Shown here one piece after another: positions 24,444 through 37,479 of a stretch of DNA of 64,000 nucleotides (positions are counted from its first letter, which is position 1; every line of letters starts with the position of its first letter). The DNA is from Pristiophorus japonicus (Eukaryota), in the NCBI RefSeq assembly GCF_044704955.1, contig NC_091990.1, positions 176,886,001 to 176,950,000 of the forward strand. The letters are read 5' to 3'. Both the position numbers and the translations under genes were made by a program. The notes under the pieces were generated by a model. It was not told the origin of the DNA. It did no database searches and saw only the letters and a list, made by a program, of their open reading frames with translations.

Positions 24444-26164
24444 CTAAATATCAACAGAAGAATGAAACATTAATAGTGCAGAAATTGCAGTCGGAGGCTT
24501 CCCTGAAAAATTTCTACGGACTTAACTGGTGGTCCGGAGACTTGCAGGCCTGGGCCTCTACTCGAAGGCCCGCATGGAGGTCCAAATATCCCAGGGACAT
24601 GGGTACTTCACACGCGTCCCTGGGATCACATGGGCTGGCCCAACCAATCAGAGTAGGGGTATTCCCATTCATACTTGTGGTGTGTTCCGTATATGCAGAA
24701 TCACCATAAGTATCAATGGGAATATCTAAAAAAATACACAAATACTTACAATAAATGTTAAAAAAAAATCATATTTAAAATTAATCAAAATGGTATTTCA
24801 TTAATTATATAAAATAACATTTTGAAAAATAAATTTACATATTTTAAAGGGTTTAAAAATAGACTTAGCTTATTTCTCAGGATTTTAAATGTTTAAACTA
24901 TTGGAAAAAAAATGTTTTTCTGTCCTTTCGCTGATAGAAACAAGCCTTACGCCTGCTTTTATCAGCTGTAAGAATTTCGCGGGAATTCGTTGGGCATAAA
25001 TTTGGCAAATAACCCAGTGCTCCACCCGCGGAGGCCCTTTACTTCTGGATATATGCGATGTATCAAGAGGATTCTTGACAGATCGCAAGTTCTGGGTTTA
25101 CGTGCACAGGAACGTAAGAATTAGGAGCAGGAGTAGGCTATTCGGCCCCTTGAGCCTGCTCCGGCATTCAATGAGATCATGGCTGATCTTCTACCTCAAC
25201 TCCACTTCCCTTCATTATCCCCATATCCCTTGATTCCCTTAATATCTCTGTCTTGAATATACTCAAAGACTGAGCGGCCGAAATTGCCCTCAGACCGAAA
25301 GGGAGCGCACTCACCGATCTTGAAGATTTTTCTCCGCCCCAATCCATGATGCATCACAATATTCCTCCCCTTCAGTTAAAGGGGAGGGCCGCTGCGAACT
25401 CTGCAGTTCGTTTAGTTTGGCCCAGTGGGCCACCAGGGAGGGTTTCGGCCGGGCCAGTTAACCAAGAGCGGGTGCCGGGTTGCCTGTTGGAGGTCTGACC
25501 GAACCCATGGGCACCATTGTCGGCCGACAATTAAAATAAAATGGCGGCCGCGGCAGAGCGCCCTCGCCAGCCAGCCACACACAGCTTCCCGCAGGGGAAA
25601 GCTGTCGGGGGCACCGAGCGGTGGCTGAACTGTTCCCACGGGGCAATTTCCCACACGTGTTGCGGAAAGGGGTCGCCGTCGGTCGGTGAGGATGCGGTGC
25701 GTGCTCGACGGGGCGGGAACACGAGCAGCGTGGTGACAAGCACCGCTGGTAAACAAATGGAGTGCAATTTCATAAATGTCGGTGACTCTGCACGTCCGTG
25801 ACTCTCCTCATCCACGTTTCTCTCTCTTCTCTCTCTCTCTCCCCCTCTCTCTCAGCATTATACACTTTCTGAAGTCTTACAGCTGAAAGCAAAAGATATG
25901 ACAGATGTATAATCAGTAGATTTATAACTGTGCTCAGATAGTCGGGTCGAAATTGCATCAGGACTAATTGCAACAAATAATTGAATAAATTTATAATTTG
26001 GACCAGAATATGGCACAGAAGACAAATATCCTTCTGATTTTAATTAAATACTTAACTCTAAATATTTTGAGAATAGCTAATATGTTTTGCTTTTTAAAAT
26101 GATATATTATAGCAATGAGACTACTGTACAATTGTTAGGTTGATTTTTAAAAAGTTTATTTTAA

Positions 26165-26330
26165 CCTGTTACATCTCTAACGTTTTCCAGTTCTGACAAA
26201 GGGTCATTGACCTGAAACATTAACTCTGTTTGTCTTCCCACAGATGCTGCCTGATCTGCTGAGTATTCCCAGCATTTTCTGTTTTTATTTCAGAGTTCCA
26301 GTATCTGCAGTATTTTGATTTTGTACTAAT
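26165..26330 (+). mobile_element. Penelope-like element terminal fragment with degenerate hammerhead ribozyme (26188-26225)
   Basis: cagtt-CTGACAA-agggtcattgacct-GAAA-catt-aact; inverted partner at 26745-27020. Confidence 0.6.
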
Positions 26331-26744
26331 AATATGCAATTGCATTTAACAGACTTTTTATAGAATTAACCTAGTGATTGATCTTCAGTTTGCATTTTAT
26401 TCTCAAATTTTCAGGATTTTGTTATCATACAATAATGACTTTTATCACTGTGCTCCAATCCTTTATCATTTTCAATTCCAATAAAAATCCTTTCCGTTTT
26501 ATCACTCCATTTTATACTTTCACCATCCACTCTACCTGAAGTTTTTCTTTGTATTCCACAGCTTTGTTTACTACTGTAGACCTACTTTCTTCCTCAGTCT
26601 GAGCTTTAAGGGTATTTTTTGCTTCATTGTCTCCTTTTGCTTCTCCCATATTCTTTGGCTTTAATCCTGCATTCACACGAAGGAAGGAGCGTGGAAATTA
26701 GCACAAACCCAGCACGATAGGGCTCAGAAATATTACCGATAATA

Positions 26745-27020
26745 ACAGAAAATGCTGGAAACACTCAGCAGGTCAAGCAGTATCTGTGGAGAGAGAAACA
26801 GTTAACATTTCAAGTTGATGACCTTTCGTCAGAACTGGAAATGTTAGAGATGTAACAGGTTTTAAGCAAGTACAGAGGTGAGGGGAGGAACGAACAAAAG
26901 GAAAGGTCTGGGATAGGGTGGAAGTTAGGAGAGATTACATGACAAAAGGGATGCTAGTACAAGGCAAAAGGAGATTGTAATGGGACAACTAAAAGGAACA
27001 AAAGATGGGTCTAGAGGATG
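26745..27020 (-). mobile_element. Penelope-like element terminal fragment with minimal type I hammerhead (26799-26837)
   Basis: Minus strand cagtt-CTGACGA-aaggtcatcaactt-GAAA-tgtt-aactg; stem I cagtt/aactg is intact. Confidence 0.65.
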
Positions 27021-28350
27021 GACCTTCGACACTGTCAAACATGAGGGATTATGGAGTGTCCTCCTCAGATTCGGCTGCCCTCAAAAGTTTGTCACCATTC
27101 TCCGCCTACTCCACGATGACATGCAAGCCATGATCCTGATTAACGGATCCACCACAGATCCATTCCACGTTCAGACCGGGGTCAAGCAAGGCTGTGTCAT
27201 CGCGCCAATGCTCTTCTCGATCTTCCTTGCTGCAATGCTCTATCTCTCCCTCGGCAGGCTGTCCGCTGGTGTGGAGCTAAATTACAGGACAAACGAGAAT
27301 CTGTTCAACCTCCGCCGCCTCCAAGCCAGATCCAAGGTCTCCATCATCGAACTACAGTACGCAGGCAAAGCCTGCGTCTGCGCACACTCGGAGGCTGAAC
27401 TCAGAGCTATCGTCAATATCTTCACCGAGGCATACAAGAGTATGGGCCTTACACCAATTATCCATAAGACAAAGATCCTCTACCAACCTGCCCCCGCCAC
27501 ACAGCACTGCCCCCTGGTTATCAAAATCCACGATGAGACCTTGGACAACGTGGACTATTTTCCATACCTCGGGAGCCTACTGTCAACAAGGGCAGACATC
27601 GATGATGAATTCCAACACCATCGTCAGCGTGCCAGTGCAGCCTTTGGTCACCTGAGGAAGAGAGTGTTTGAAGACCAGGACCTCAAACCCAGCACGATGC
27701 TCATGGTCTACAGAGCAGTGGTGATACCTGCCCTCCTATATGGCTCAGAGACATGGACTATGTACAGCAGGCACCTCAAAACACTGGAGAAGTACCACCA
27801 ACGCTGCCTCCACAAGATCCTCCAAATCCATTGGCCGGATAGGTGCACCAACGTCAGTGTCCTCGCTCAATCCCCAGCATTGAAGCACTGACCACACTCG
27901 ATCAGCTCCACTGGATGGGCTACATTGCCCACATACCTGACACGAGACTCCCAAAACAGTGCTCGAGTCGGAGCTCCGACACGGCAAGCGAGCCCCAGGT
28001 GGGCAGAGAAAACGCTTCAAGAACACCCTCAAAGCCTCCTTGAAAAAATGTAACATCTCCACCGACACTTGGGAATCCCTGGCCTAAGTCCGCCCAAAGT
28101 GGAGGAAAATCATCCGAGAAGGTGCTGAACATCTCGAGTCTCGTCGCCGAGAACAAGCTGAAGCCAAGCGTCAACAGCGGAAGGCATGCGTGACAACCCA
28201 GGCACCCCATCCAGCTGTTCCTTCAACCACCGTTTGCCCCACCTGTGACAGAGACTAGGTCCCGCATTGGACTCTTCAGTCACCTGAGAACTAATTTCTA
28301 GTGTGGAAGCAAGTCATCCTTGACTCCGAGGAACTGCCTATGATGATGAT
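27020..28350 (+). mobile_element. RTE LINE, 5'-truncated (RT, C-terminal C2H2-like motif, ATG-repeat tail)
   Basis: GVKQGCVIAP, FPYLGS, LLYGSETWT, CPTCDR; tail atgatgatgat. Confidence 0.93.
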
Positions 28351-30019
28351 AAAATGGGAATAGCAGAATCATCAACAGCTGAGATTGTAGCCATGCAGCA
28401 CATGGAGTGGCTTGGTGCTCTTCCTGTGGGAGTTGGCAAGATTGAAGGCAAAATGTCGGCACTTAAATAACAACAACAACTTGTATTTATATAGCATCTT
28501 TAACATAGGAGACCATCCCAAGGCGCTATACAAGTGCGTTACAAGACAAAACCTGACACTAAGCCACATAAGGAGAAATTAGGGCAGATGACCAAAAGCT
28601 TGGTCAAACAGGTAAGTTTTAAGGAGCATCTTAAAGGAGGAAAGAGAGTTAGACAGCTGGAGAGATTTAGGGAGGGAATTCCAGAGCTTAAGGCCTTGGC
28701 AGCTGAAGGCACAGCCACCAATGGTTAAGCAATTAAAATAGGGATGCTCAAGAGGCCAGAATTAGAAGAGCGTAGATATCTTGGGGGTTTGTGGGGCTGG
28801 AGGAGATTAGAGATAGGAAGCAGGAAGAATTCATGCAACTGCTGATGTGGGGTAAAGCTAGGTAGGTATGTTGAGGCAATTTGCCTCATGAACATTTTAA
28901 CAAAATCTGCTTATAATGGCACATGAATGTTCCCGATAATTTTGCTGCCAGCCACATCAATATTAAGGTTGAGTACATTTGGTATAATTATTAATGTTTC
29001 AGTATTATATCTATAAAGGTTTTGTGTATAGCTTGCGGATTCTGTCCATTTCACACTTGACTTATTTTGTTCTGATTTTGTCATGCTTACTTTCACCATG
29101 ACTGGGTGTCAAGGTTCTTTATCAAACTGTAAAATGCTTCTTTTCATTGTTTTATAGCTTCTTTATTTGTAGCTTTTATTTGTATATTTTGTTTGACCCT
29201 CCTGGTCATCCTAACTCCATCGACAGTCCTGCCACCAACTTTAAACTGTTTTGTAATATTTTAATCTAACTTTGACTCTTTTACTTTTAATGTCCAATGT
29301 TTAAGCTCCCATTTAATCAATTCATTAAATTGCATCAGGCCTGCTCTTGTTTATGCAGGTTTTATTTAATCATTTATTTTTTGTAAACCTGTTCTCTGAG
29401 GCTGATGATCAGTTTTATTTAATTAACTTGGGAAGGTGTGGCCACACTACTTCTCTCACCCTGATGTTTAAATGGTCAATCTACCATCGGCTCATTTTAG
29501 TTCGTTTTTGATACATGCTTGCTTTGTCTTTTGTTACAAGTCAGCATCCTGAATTAATTTGGATGAGGCCATTCTCTAGAACCAAAGGCCACTTTCCTGC
29601 TTGCTTGTTGGTCTTACTCCATTCCTTAGCTCCAGTCTGCTTCTCCATATCCAATCCTTTTCATTTCCATTTATTTATTTTATCTGATGACCTTCAACAC
29701 CCTTTTCACATTTATTTTACCTAGCTTCATTGCTTCCATTTATGTACTTATTTCCATGATCTTATTAAATGGTGGAGCAGGCTCAAGGGGCCATATGGCC
29801 TACTCCTGCTCCTATTTCTTATGTTCTTATGTAATATTCCCATGTGGGAAAATAGACATTTTTGTGCCAAATGTAACTATTTATCTGTAGCATTATTTAC
29901 TAATTGCACCCAAGGGCTATATTGATATATTTACTATGTTTCCAATAAGGGGCTATTTGTTGTGTTTCAGTTGTTACTTAGTTGAGTGGGCTGCCCTGAC
30001 CTGTGTGAGAACACCACCA

Positions 30020-30410
30020 CAGGTAGAGCTGGAGCGCCAGGCCCTGGAACACTGTGGGCGAAAGTGCGGCGAATGAGGGTACGGGGCCCAGAAGAGCCGA
30101 GGGCCCAGAGGCAGCACGGGCCTGCCCACATTGCGATGTGTGCGCACACTAGGACCGTGCAGCAGAGCAGGTCTCCAGTTGTCCCCTGGTTCAACCCTTG
30201 CCACTGGATAAAGGCCGAGCTCTGTCGAGCCTGTGTGGTGGATGATGTGCAACGGTCGCCACACGTTAAAAAAAATCCACGCACAGGCATCTTCCACCCC
30301 CTCAATTGGAGTTCAGGACTGGAACATCGGGTCCTTCATTGAAACATCTGTGAACTCTTGTGGAAGCAAGTCATCCTCGCTCGAGGGACCACCTATGATG
30401 ATGATGATGA
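30020..30410 (+). mobile_element. Bipartite non-autonomous RTE derivative (RTE 5' UTR end + RTE 3' tail)
   Basis: Shares ggtctccagt..cacgcacaggcatcttccac with 38200-38330 and gtggaagcaagtcatcct..(atg)n with 28300-28350. Confidence 0.75.
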
Positions 30411-31108
30411 AGGGTGACCGGGACTTGATGCGTGTTAGGAAATGGGCAGCAGAGTTTTAGATGACCTCAAGTTTACGTAGGGTAGCACATGGGAGTCCAG
30501 ACAGGAGTGTGATTGATTAGGTAAGTCTAGAGGTAACAATGGCATGGATGAAGGTTTCAGCAGCAGATGAACTGAGGCAGGGGCAGAGTCGGGCGATGTT
30601 ACAGAGGTGGAAATAGGTGGTCTTAGTTATGGCCTGGATATATGGTCAGTCAGAAGCTCATTTCAGGGTGAAATATGAATAGTGACTGAATGCGTACACA
30701 GTCACCGTGGCATCTCTATAAAGCACCATATAGCCACAAGCTTTCACTCCTACTCTAGCTCCTTAATCCCAAGGGACACGATCATCCACACTTCGCTTTT
30801 TTAAAAATTCGTTCACGGGATGTGGGCTTCACTGGCAAGGCCAGCATTTATTGCCCATCCCTAATTGCCCTCGAGAAGAAATTATGCACAGTATATTTTC
30901 ATGGCCAGTAAGCTTATAACTTATAGTATATGTTTTATAATATGCAGCAGTTCATCTAAAATAAATCCTGATCAGTTCAGTTCTACCTGACAGCAATTTT
31001 CATAATGCATTTATATGGATTTTCTCATGTGGGCAAGATCGGCAGGAGGCATGAAAAGCAAAAATTGTGGAAAGGGATAAGGGAGAGGGCATGGCCGGAA
31101 AAAGTTTC

Positions 31109-34100
31109 TGTTATGTATGCAATAAGGTACAAACTGAGTACTGTTTAACTAAGCAAGGTACAACTTTGCTTCTGCTTTGTTACGGCGCAAAGTGCCTGGC
31201 TTTTTATACCTGAGCAGGAAACACATGGGCCACTGCTCAGTGGCTGCCAACAATGATGCCATCTGGTTGCTACAAACATAATGTACACACATGACAATAC
31301 CCCCCTCAGATCTTATCACAGTTTTTCACAGGTTGAGATGGCCCGGTGCTTTGCGCTCCCGGGTTGACCGTCTCAGTTCGATTCCAGCCTTGGGTGATTG
31401 TGCAGGGTCTGTTGTTGCTGATGGCTGGATGACTGACTTGTTGAGGGTGGCAGTGACCATGTCAGGAATTGCAAGACCATTTTTATTGAACAAGTCCATG
31501 ATGGAAATTCCGGGTTCACTGATGAGCCTTGAGTCCACTGAAGGCTGCTAGTAGGTTGGTTGGTCGTCAACGGTTTCTCCGTCTGACTGTTCTAGCTCGT
31601 CTGTGTGCCTCAGCTTTGTTTGATCTATGTGTTTCCTGTAAATTTGCCCATTCTTGAGCTTAATTCAAATACTCTGTTGCCCTCCTTGGCCATGACCTTA
31701 CCAGCGATCCATTTGGGACCCTGACTATAGTTCAACACATATACAGGATCATTAACAGAAATCTCGCGTGACACAGTTGCGCGATCGTGGTACCCTTGTT
31801 GACTCTGTCTTCTGTATTCAACATGATTACTTAAATCCGGGTGTACAAGAGATAACTTGGGACCTAGCGATGGCTTTCATCATCACTATACCAGGATGTG
31901 TGCTGTGTAACTCACGCACCAACTTCTCCCTCCCTTTCTTACGCATTACAACACGATTGCCCCACAATATGCAATCTGCTTGAATAGACAGTTTGTCCTT
32001 GCGACGAATGTACGGCTTGGCTTCCTCGCACATTTGATTAGGTATGGCAGACCAATCCCCTTTGAGGATGCAGCCCTTTACCAACGATAATATCAGGTCC
32101 TGGCTGGTCCAGGTCTTAACTTCTTGAGCTGTGACGGGTACCTTCACTCTCAAAAGCATCCATGATTAACATTAAATCTGTCGGTTGTGGCGTTTCTACC
32201 TCCGGTGTGGGCAACGGCAACCGGCTCAAAGCATCGGCACAATTCTCTGTGCCAGGTCTGTGGCGAATGATATAATCATAGGCAGATAATGTCAGCGCCC
32301 ACCTTTGGATGTGGGATGAAGCGTTGGTATTGATACCTTTGCTCTTGGAAAACAACAAAATGAACGGCTTGTGATCGGTCTCTAATTCGAACCTCAGAAA
32401 GAACAGGTATTGATGCATCTTTTTAACACTGTACACACGTTAAAGCTTTTTCTACCATACTGTAGGCTCTTTCTGCTTTACACAAACTTTTGGATGCATA
32501 CATGACGGGTTGAAGTTTCCCCGACTCATTGGCTTGTTGTAACACGCAACCAATTCCATATAACGATGCGTCACAGGCCAAAACTAAATGGTTACATGGG
32601 TCATAATGTACCAGCAGCTTGTTCGAGCAAAGCAGATTGGTGGCTTTCTCAAAAGCTCTGTCTTGCAATGCACCCCACACTCAGTTGTTGCCTTTTTTCA
32701 ATAGCATGTGCAGTGGTTCAAGTAAGGTGCTCAGTTTAGGTAGGAAGTTATCAAAGTAGACCCAGGAACGAATGCAGCTCATGTTCTGCAGCTTGGGTGC
32801 ATTCTTGATGGCTTTAGTTTTCATGTCAGTCGGTCTGATGCCATCAGCGACAATTTTCCTGCCGAGGAATTCGATCACCGGTGCCATGAAGACGCACTTC
32901 GAGCGTTTAAGTTTGAGTCCCACTCTGTCCAAACGCAGTCGAACCTCTTCCAGGTTGTTTAGATGTTCCTTGGAGTCGCGACCGGTGATCAGGATGTCAT
33001 CTTGGAACATGACGGTTCTGGGAAAGGACTTCAGTAGACTTTCCATATTCCTCTGGAATATTGCTGCAGCTGAGCGAATTCCAAATTGGCACCTGTGGTA
33101 ACTAAACAGTCCTTTGTGCGTGTTAATGCACGCAAGTCTCTTCGTCTCGACCAACTCCTATGTCATATAGGCCAATGTCAAGTCCAGTTTTGTGAACGAC
33201 TTTACTCCGGCTAGCGTCGCAAACAAGTCATCAGCCTTCGGTAACGGGTACTGATCTTGTTTTAAAACCCTGTTGATCGTAGCCTTGTAGTCTCCACAGA
33301 TTCTGAGTGTGCCATCACTTTTCAGCACAGGAACAATGGGGCTGGCCCATTCATTAAATTCGACCGGTGATATGATCCCTTCAGGCTGGGGTCTGTCCAG
33401 TTCAATTTCGACCTTCTCCCTCATCATATACGGCACTGCCCAAGCTTTATGATGGACGGGTCTTGCATCTGAGTCCATGTGGATCTGCACCTTCACTCCC
33501 GAGAAGTTGCCGATACCCGGTTCAAACACGAGGGGAACTTGCTGAATACTTGGGCATATGTATCTTCCTCTGACGACAACGCCTTTATCTCATTCCAGTC
33601 GCAGCTGATTTTCTCCAACCAGCTCCTGCCGAGCAACGTTGGGCCATTGCCTGGAACAATCCACAGCGGTAACTCGTGAACCGCACCGTTATACGACATA
33701 TTAATTTGTGCACTGCCAATCACCTTTATCAATTCTTTGGCGTATGTGCGCAGCTTGGCATTAACAGGGCTCAGCCTGAGCCTCACAGTCTTCATTTCCC
33801 AAAGCTTATTAAATGCCCTCTCATTCATGATCGATTGACTCGCCCCTGTGCCCAGTTCCATTGATACCGTTATCCCGTTAAACTTCACATTAATCAAAAT
33901 TGGTTTACTCTTGGTTATGAAAGAGTACAGTCCATACACTTATTCCTCTGGCATCTCGGATTGCGTATCCGGATCCACACTAGTCTGACTCTCATCCTCC
34001 ACGTGCTGTGTCGCAGCACGCTTGCTCATCTGCGGACACTTGCACTGGAGATGCCCCACTCTCAGGCAGCCTTTGCAACTACATTGCTTAAATCTGCACT

Positions 34101-35043
34101 GCTGGTGCCGATGATTACCCCCACAATGCCAACACAGAGAAGTCGGATACATTCCCGCTAGTGGACTTTGGGCAGCCACACGTCTCGCGAACGCAGCCGG
34201 ATCGGCCCTGCCATGTGCCGCTCTGCCGAACGCCGAATCAATTGCATTTACAGTACTTGCCGAGGTTCGGTTCTTCACCGATATTTGCTTTAAACTCCTG
34301 TCTGTCGTCATAATGATTGAACGATCTGGATAGCCCTTTTTAAATCCAACTCCTCCACTGGCAGAAGTTTGCGCAGGATCACCTCGTGGTTGATACCGAT
34401 AACAAAGAAGTCCCGCAGCATGTCTGCCAACACGGTTCCGAACTTGCACGGTCCCGCTAGACGTCTCAGGTCGGCAATGAATCCCGCCGCGCTCTGGTCC
34501 TCCGATCGAACGTGTGTATAAAACCTGTATTTCGAGATGATGATGCCGTCGTCTGGCTTGAGATGCTCCCGTACCAATGTACACAACACCTCGTACATTT
34601 TCTTGTTGGATCATTAGGCATGAGTAGATTCTTTATCAGACTGTAGATCTTTGAACCGCACACGGTGAGGAACATGGCCTGGCGCTGATCTGCATCATCG
34701 GCCCCCTTCAATTTGTTGGCCACGAAGTACTGGTTCAAACGGCTCACAAAGTCTGCCCAATCTTCTCCCTCCACGAATCGCTCTAAAAATCCAATCGTGC
34801 TCATTTTGCAAACAAAGGTTCTTGTATTCTCTTCACCAAATGTTATGTATGCAATAAAGGTACAAACTGAGTACTGTTTAACTAAGCAAGGTACAACCTT
34901 GTTTCTGCTTTATTACGGCCCAAAGTGCCTGATTCTCAAAATGGCTGGCCTTTTATACCTGAGCAACACCATGTGCATGCTGCTCAGTGGCCTCCAACAA
35001 TGACGCCATCTGGTGGCTACAAACATAATGTACATACATGACA
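31109..35043 (-). mobile_element. Gypsy LTR retrotransposon D, integrase core deleted
   Basis: LTRs 31109-31296 and 34841-35043; TSD GTTTC; gag EDWADFVSRL; PR ELGTGASQS; RT FQDD; RNase H. IN jumps from ARS straight to its C-terminus at ~31850. Confidence 0.94.
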
Positions 35044-35699
35044 GTTTCCTAAATTAGACCTTCAAAGACATGGAAGGAATTAAATTCAAGTTATTGTGAC
35101 TGAATAAATACTCCCATGGTGGGGCAGACGAAGCAGGGCACATGCAGTGATTCAGAATCAGAGGAGGGGAGAATTCAGGCAAGTGTGTTTACCCACAGAA
35201 GTTTACTTAGGTCGAGTTGAGTCGGTCTAAGCAGGGTTTAGTTATTAGTTCCATGGGGTTAAGTGCGAGTAATAGGAGTACAAAGTTTCTCATTTACGCA
35301 AGTTATTTTTACTTTAGTTCCTCTGCATAAATTAATCATCTAATCTCTGAAGAGAGGCCCAGATAACAATGTAACTGATTTCACTGTAGCTTTTATAAAG
35401 TCACTTCATAGCTTCCTTTTCTTAAAAGTTTATAGTTTAGGAGCAGTATTTCTGCCATGTTATCATCTCTGATTTCAATTTTCAACAAGAAAACAGTGAA
35501 TGTCTTTGGGGTATCTCTCAGTAAAGTTTTTCCCAGCAAATTGAACTCCCTTTTTATTAGGAATTGACTTATTAATTGCTTAAATAGTGTGGAATCGATT
35601 TCTCATGATCGGTTTGGACAGATCGCCAGTTACAATAAGAGAATATTCACAAAATCTACAGGTGACAATCCCATGATGCTCCAACTGTCAAGACGGCGG

Positions 35700-36420
35700 G
35701 ACTGAGGGGTCCTGGTGCATGAAACACAAAAGATTAGTATGCAGGTACAACAAGTGATCAAGAAGGCCAATGGAATCTTGGCCTTTATTGCAAAGGGGAT
35801 GGAATATAAAAGCAGGGAAGTCTTGCTACAGTTATACAGGGTATTGGCAAGGCCACACCTGGAATACTGCGTGCAATTTTGGTTTCCATATTTATGAAAG
35901 GATATACTTGCTTTGGAGGCAGTTCAGAGAAGATTCACTAGGTTGATTCTGGAGATGAGGGGGTTGACTTATGAGGAATGGTTGAGTAGGTTGGGCCTCT
36001 ACTCATTGGAATTCAGAAGAATGAGAGGTGATCTGATCGAAACGTATAAGATTATGAGGGGGCTTGACAAGGTGGATGCAGAGAGGATGTTTCCACTGAT
36101 AAGGGAAACTAGAACTAGGGGGCATGATCTTAGAATAAGGGACCTCCCATTTAAAACTGACATGAGGAGGAATTTCTTCTCTCAGAGGGTTGTAAATCTG
36201 TGGAATTCGGTGCCTCAGAGAGCTGTGGAAGCTGGGACATTGAATAAATTTAAAACAGAGATAGACAGTTTCTTAACTGATAAGGGAATACGGGGTTATG
36301 GGGAGCGGGTAGGGAAGTGGACCTGAGCCTATGATTGGATCAGCCATGATCGTATTAAATGGCGGTGCAGGCTCGAGGGGCCGTATGGCCTATTCCTGCT
36401 GCTATTTCTTATGTTCTTAT
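35700..36420 (+). mobile_element. CR1 LINE 3' fragment
   Basis: RPHLEYCVQFW, LYSLEFRRMRGDLIE; tail ttcttatgttcttat. Confidence 0.93.
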
Positions 36421-36989
36421 AAATACCATCACTTTAAGCAGACTGCTGCCCGGATGGTAAAGTGCCTGCACACTGAATGATTGAAAGCTGGGCAGAGAGC
36501 AATCACATGTTAAATTGTAACTGAACTTTTAAAGCTTTTCTGTCCTACCAGCATCCAGAAGAGGACTAGGATCACAGTAGCTCCTTTATACTTGTTGCAT
36601 CAAAACAAATGCTTCATTTATTTTCTTGAATTGTAACAGCAGTTTAACCTGCAGATCAGTAAGCTGCCAAAACCCTAATGAACTGCTCAAGTTCTAACAT
36701 CTTGCTGGTGTATTGAAGTGAAGGAGAGTTCAGAAGACTACCAATCAGCTTTTAAAAATGTTACTACTCAGGAGACACCAGCTGGATTTTCGGCTTTGAT
36801 GTTTTTGGGGCGGTAATGACGGCGGGGCAATAAAGTTTGCGCCTCTGTAAGTATCATTGAGCAGCTGGGCCCCGAGTCAGGGGGTGCAGCGATAAGGGAG
36901 GCTTTGGACACCTCTCTTAGGGCATCAGCGTGGGCAACTCCCGAGCTAACTAAAGGAAGGTATCCAATTAAAAACAAGGGCATACAAGG

Positions 36990-37472
36990 TAGCCCAATCG
37001 CAATCACTAAGGAGGTGGTACTCAGTAATGGGACTAAAGGCAGATAAATCCCCTGGACCTGATGGCTTACATCCTCGGGTCTTAAGAGAAGTAGCGGCAA
37101 GGATTGTGGATGCATTGGTTGTAATTTACCAAAATTCCCTGGATTCTGGGGAGGTCCCAGCAGATTGGAAAACTGCAAATGTAACATCCCTATTTAAAAA
37201 AGGAGGTAGACAAAAAGCAGGAAACTGTAGACCAGTTAGCCTAATATCTGTGGTTGGGAAAATGCTGGAGTCCATTATTAAAGAAACAGTGGCAGGACAT
37301 TTGGACAAGCAAAATTCGGTCAGGCAGAGTCAGCATGAATTTATGAAGGGGAAGACATGTTTGACAAATTTGCTGAAGTTCTTTGAGGATGTAACGAACA
37401 GGGTGGATAAAAGGGAACCAGTGCATGTGGTGTATTTGGACTTCCAGAAGGCATTTGACAAGATGCCACATA
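36990..37472 (+). mobile_element. CR1 LINE RT fragment (left part of a CR1 that resumes at 39775)
   Basis: KSPGPDGLHPRVL, YLDFQKAFDK. Confidence 0.9.
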
Positions 37473-37479
37473 TGAAAAT

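Noticed and set aside
24470-25980. Probable additional Harbinger-type MITE fragments
   Set aside because: TIR pairs and TSDs could not be resolved by eye.
26537-26667. Open AG..GT-bounded candidate exon on the minus strand
   Set aside because: It ends in phase 2, incompatible with the V exon, and has no recognisable homology.
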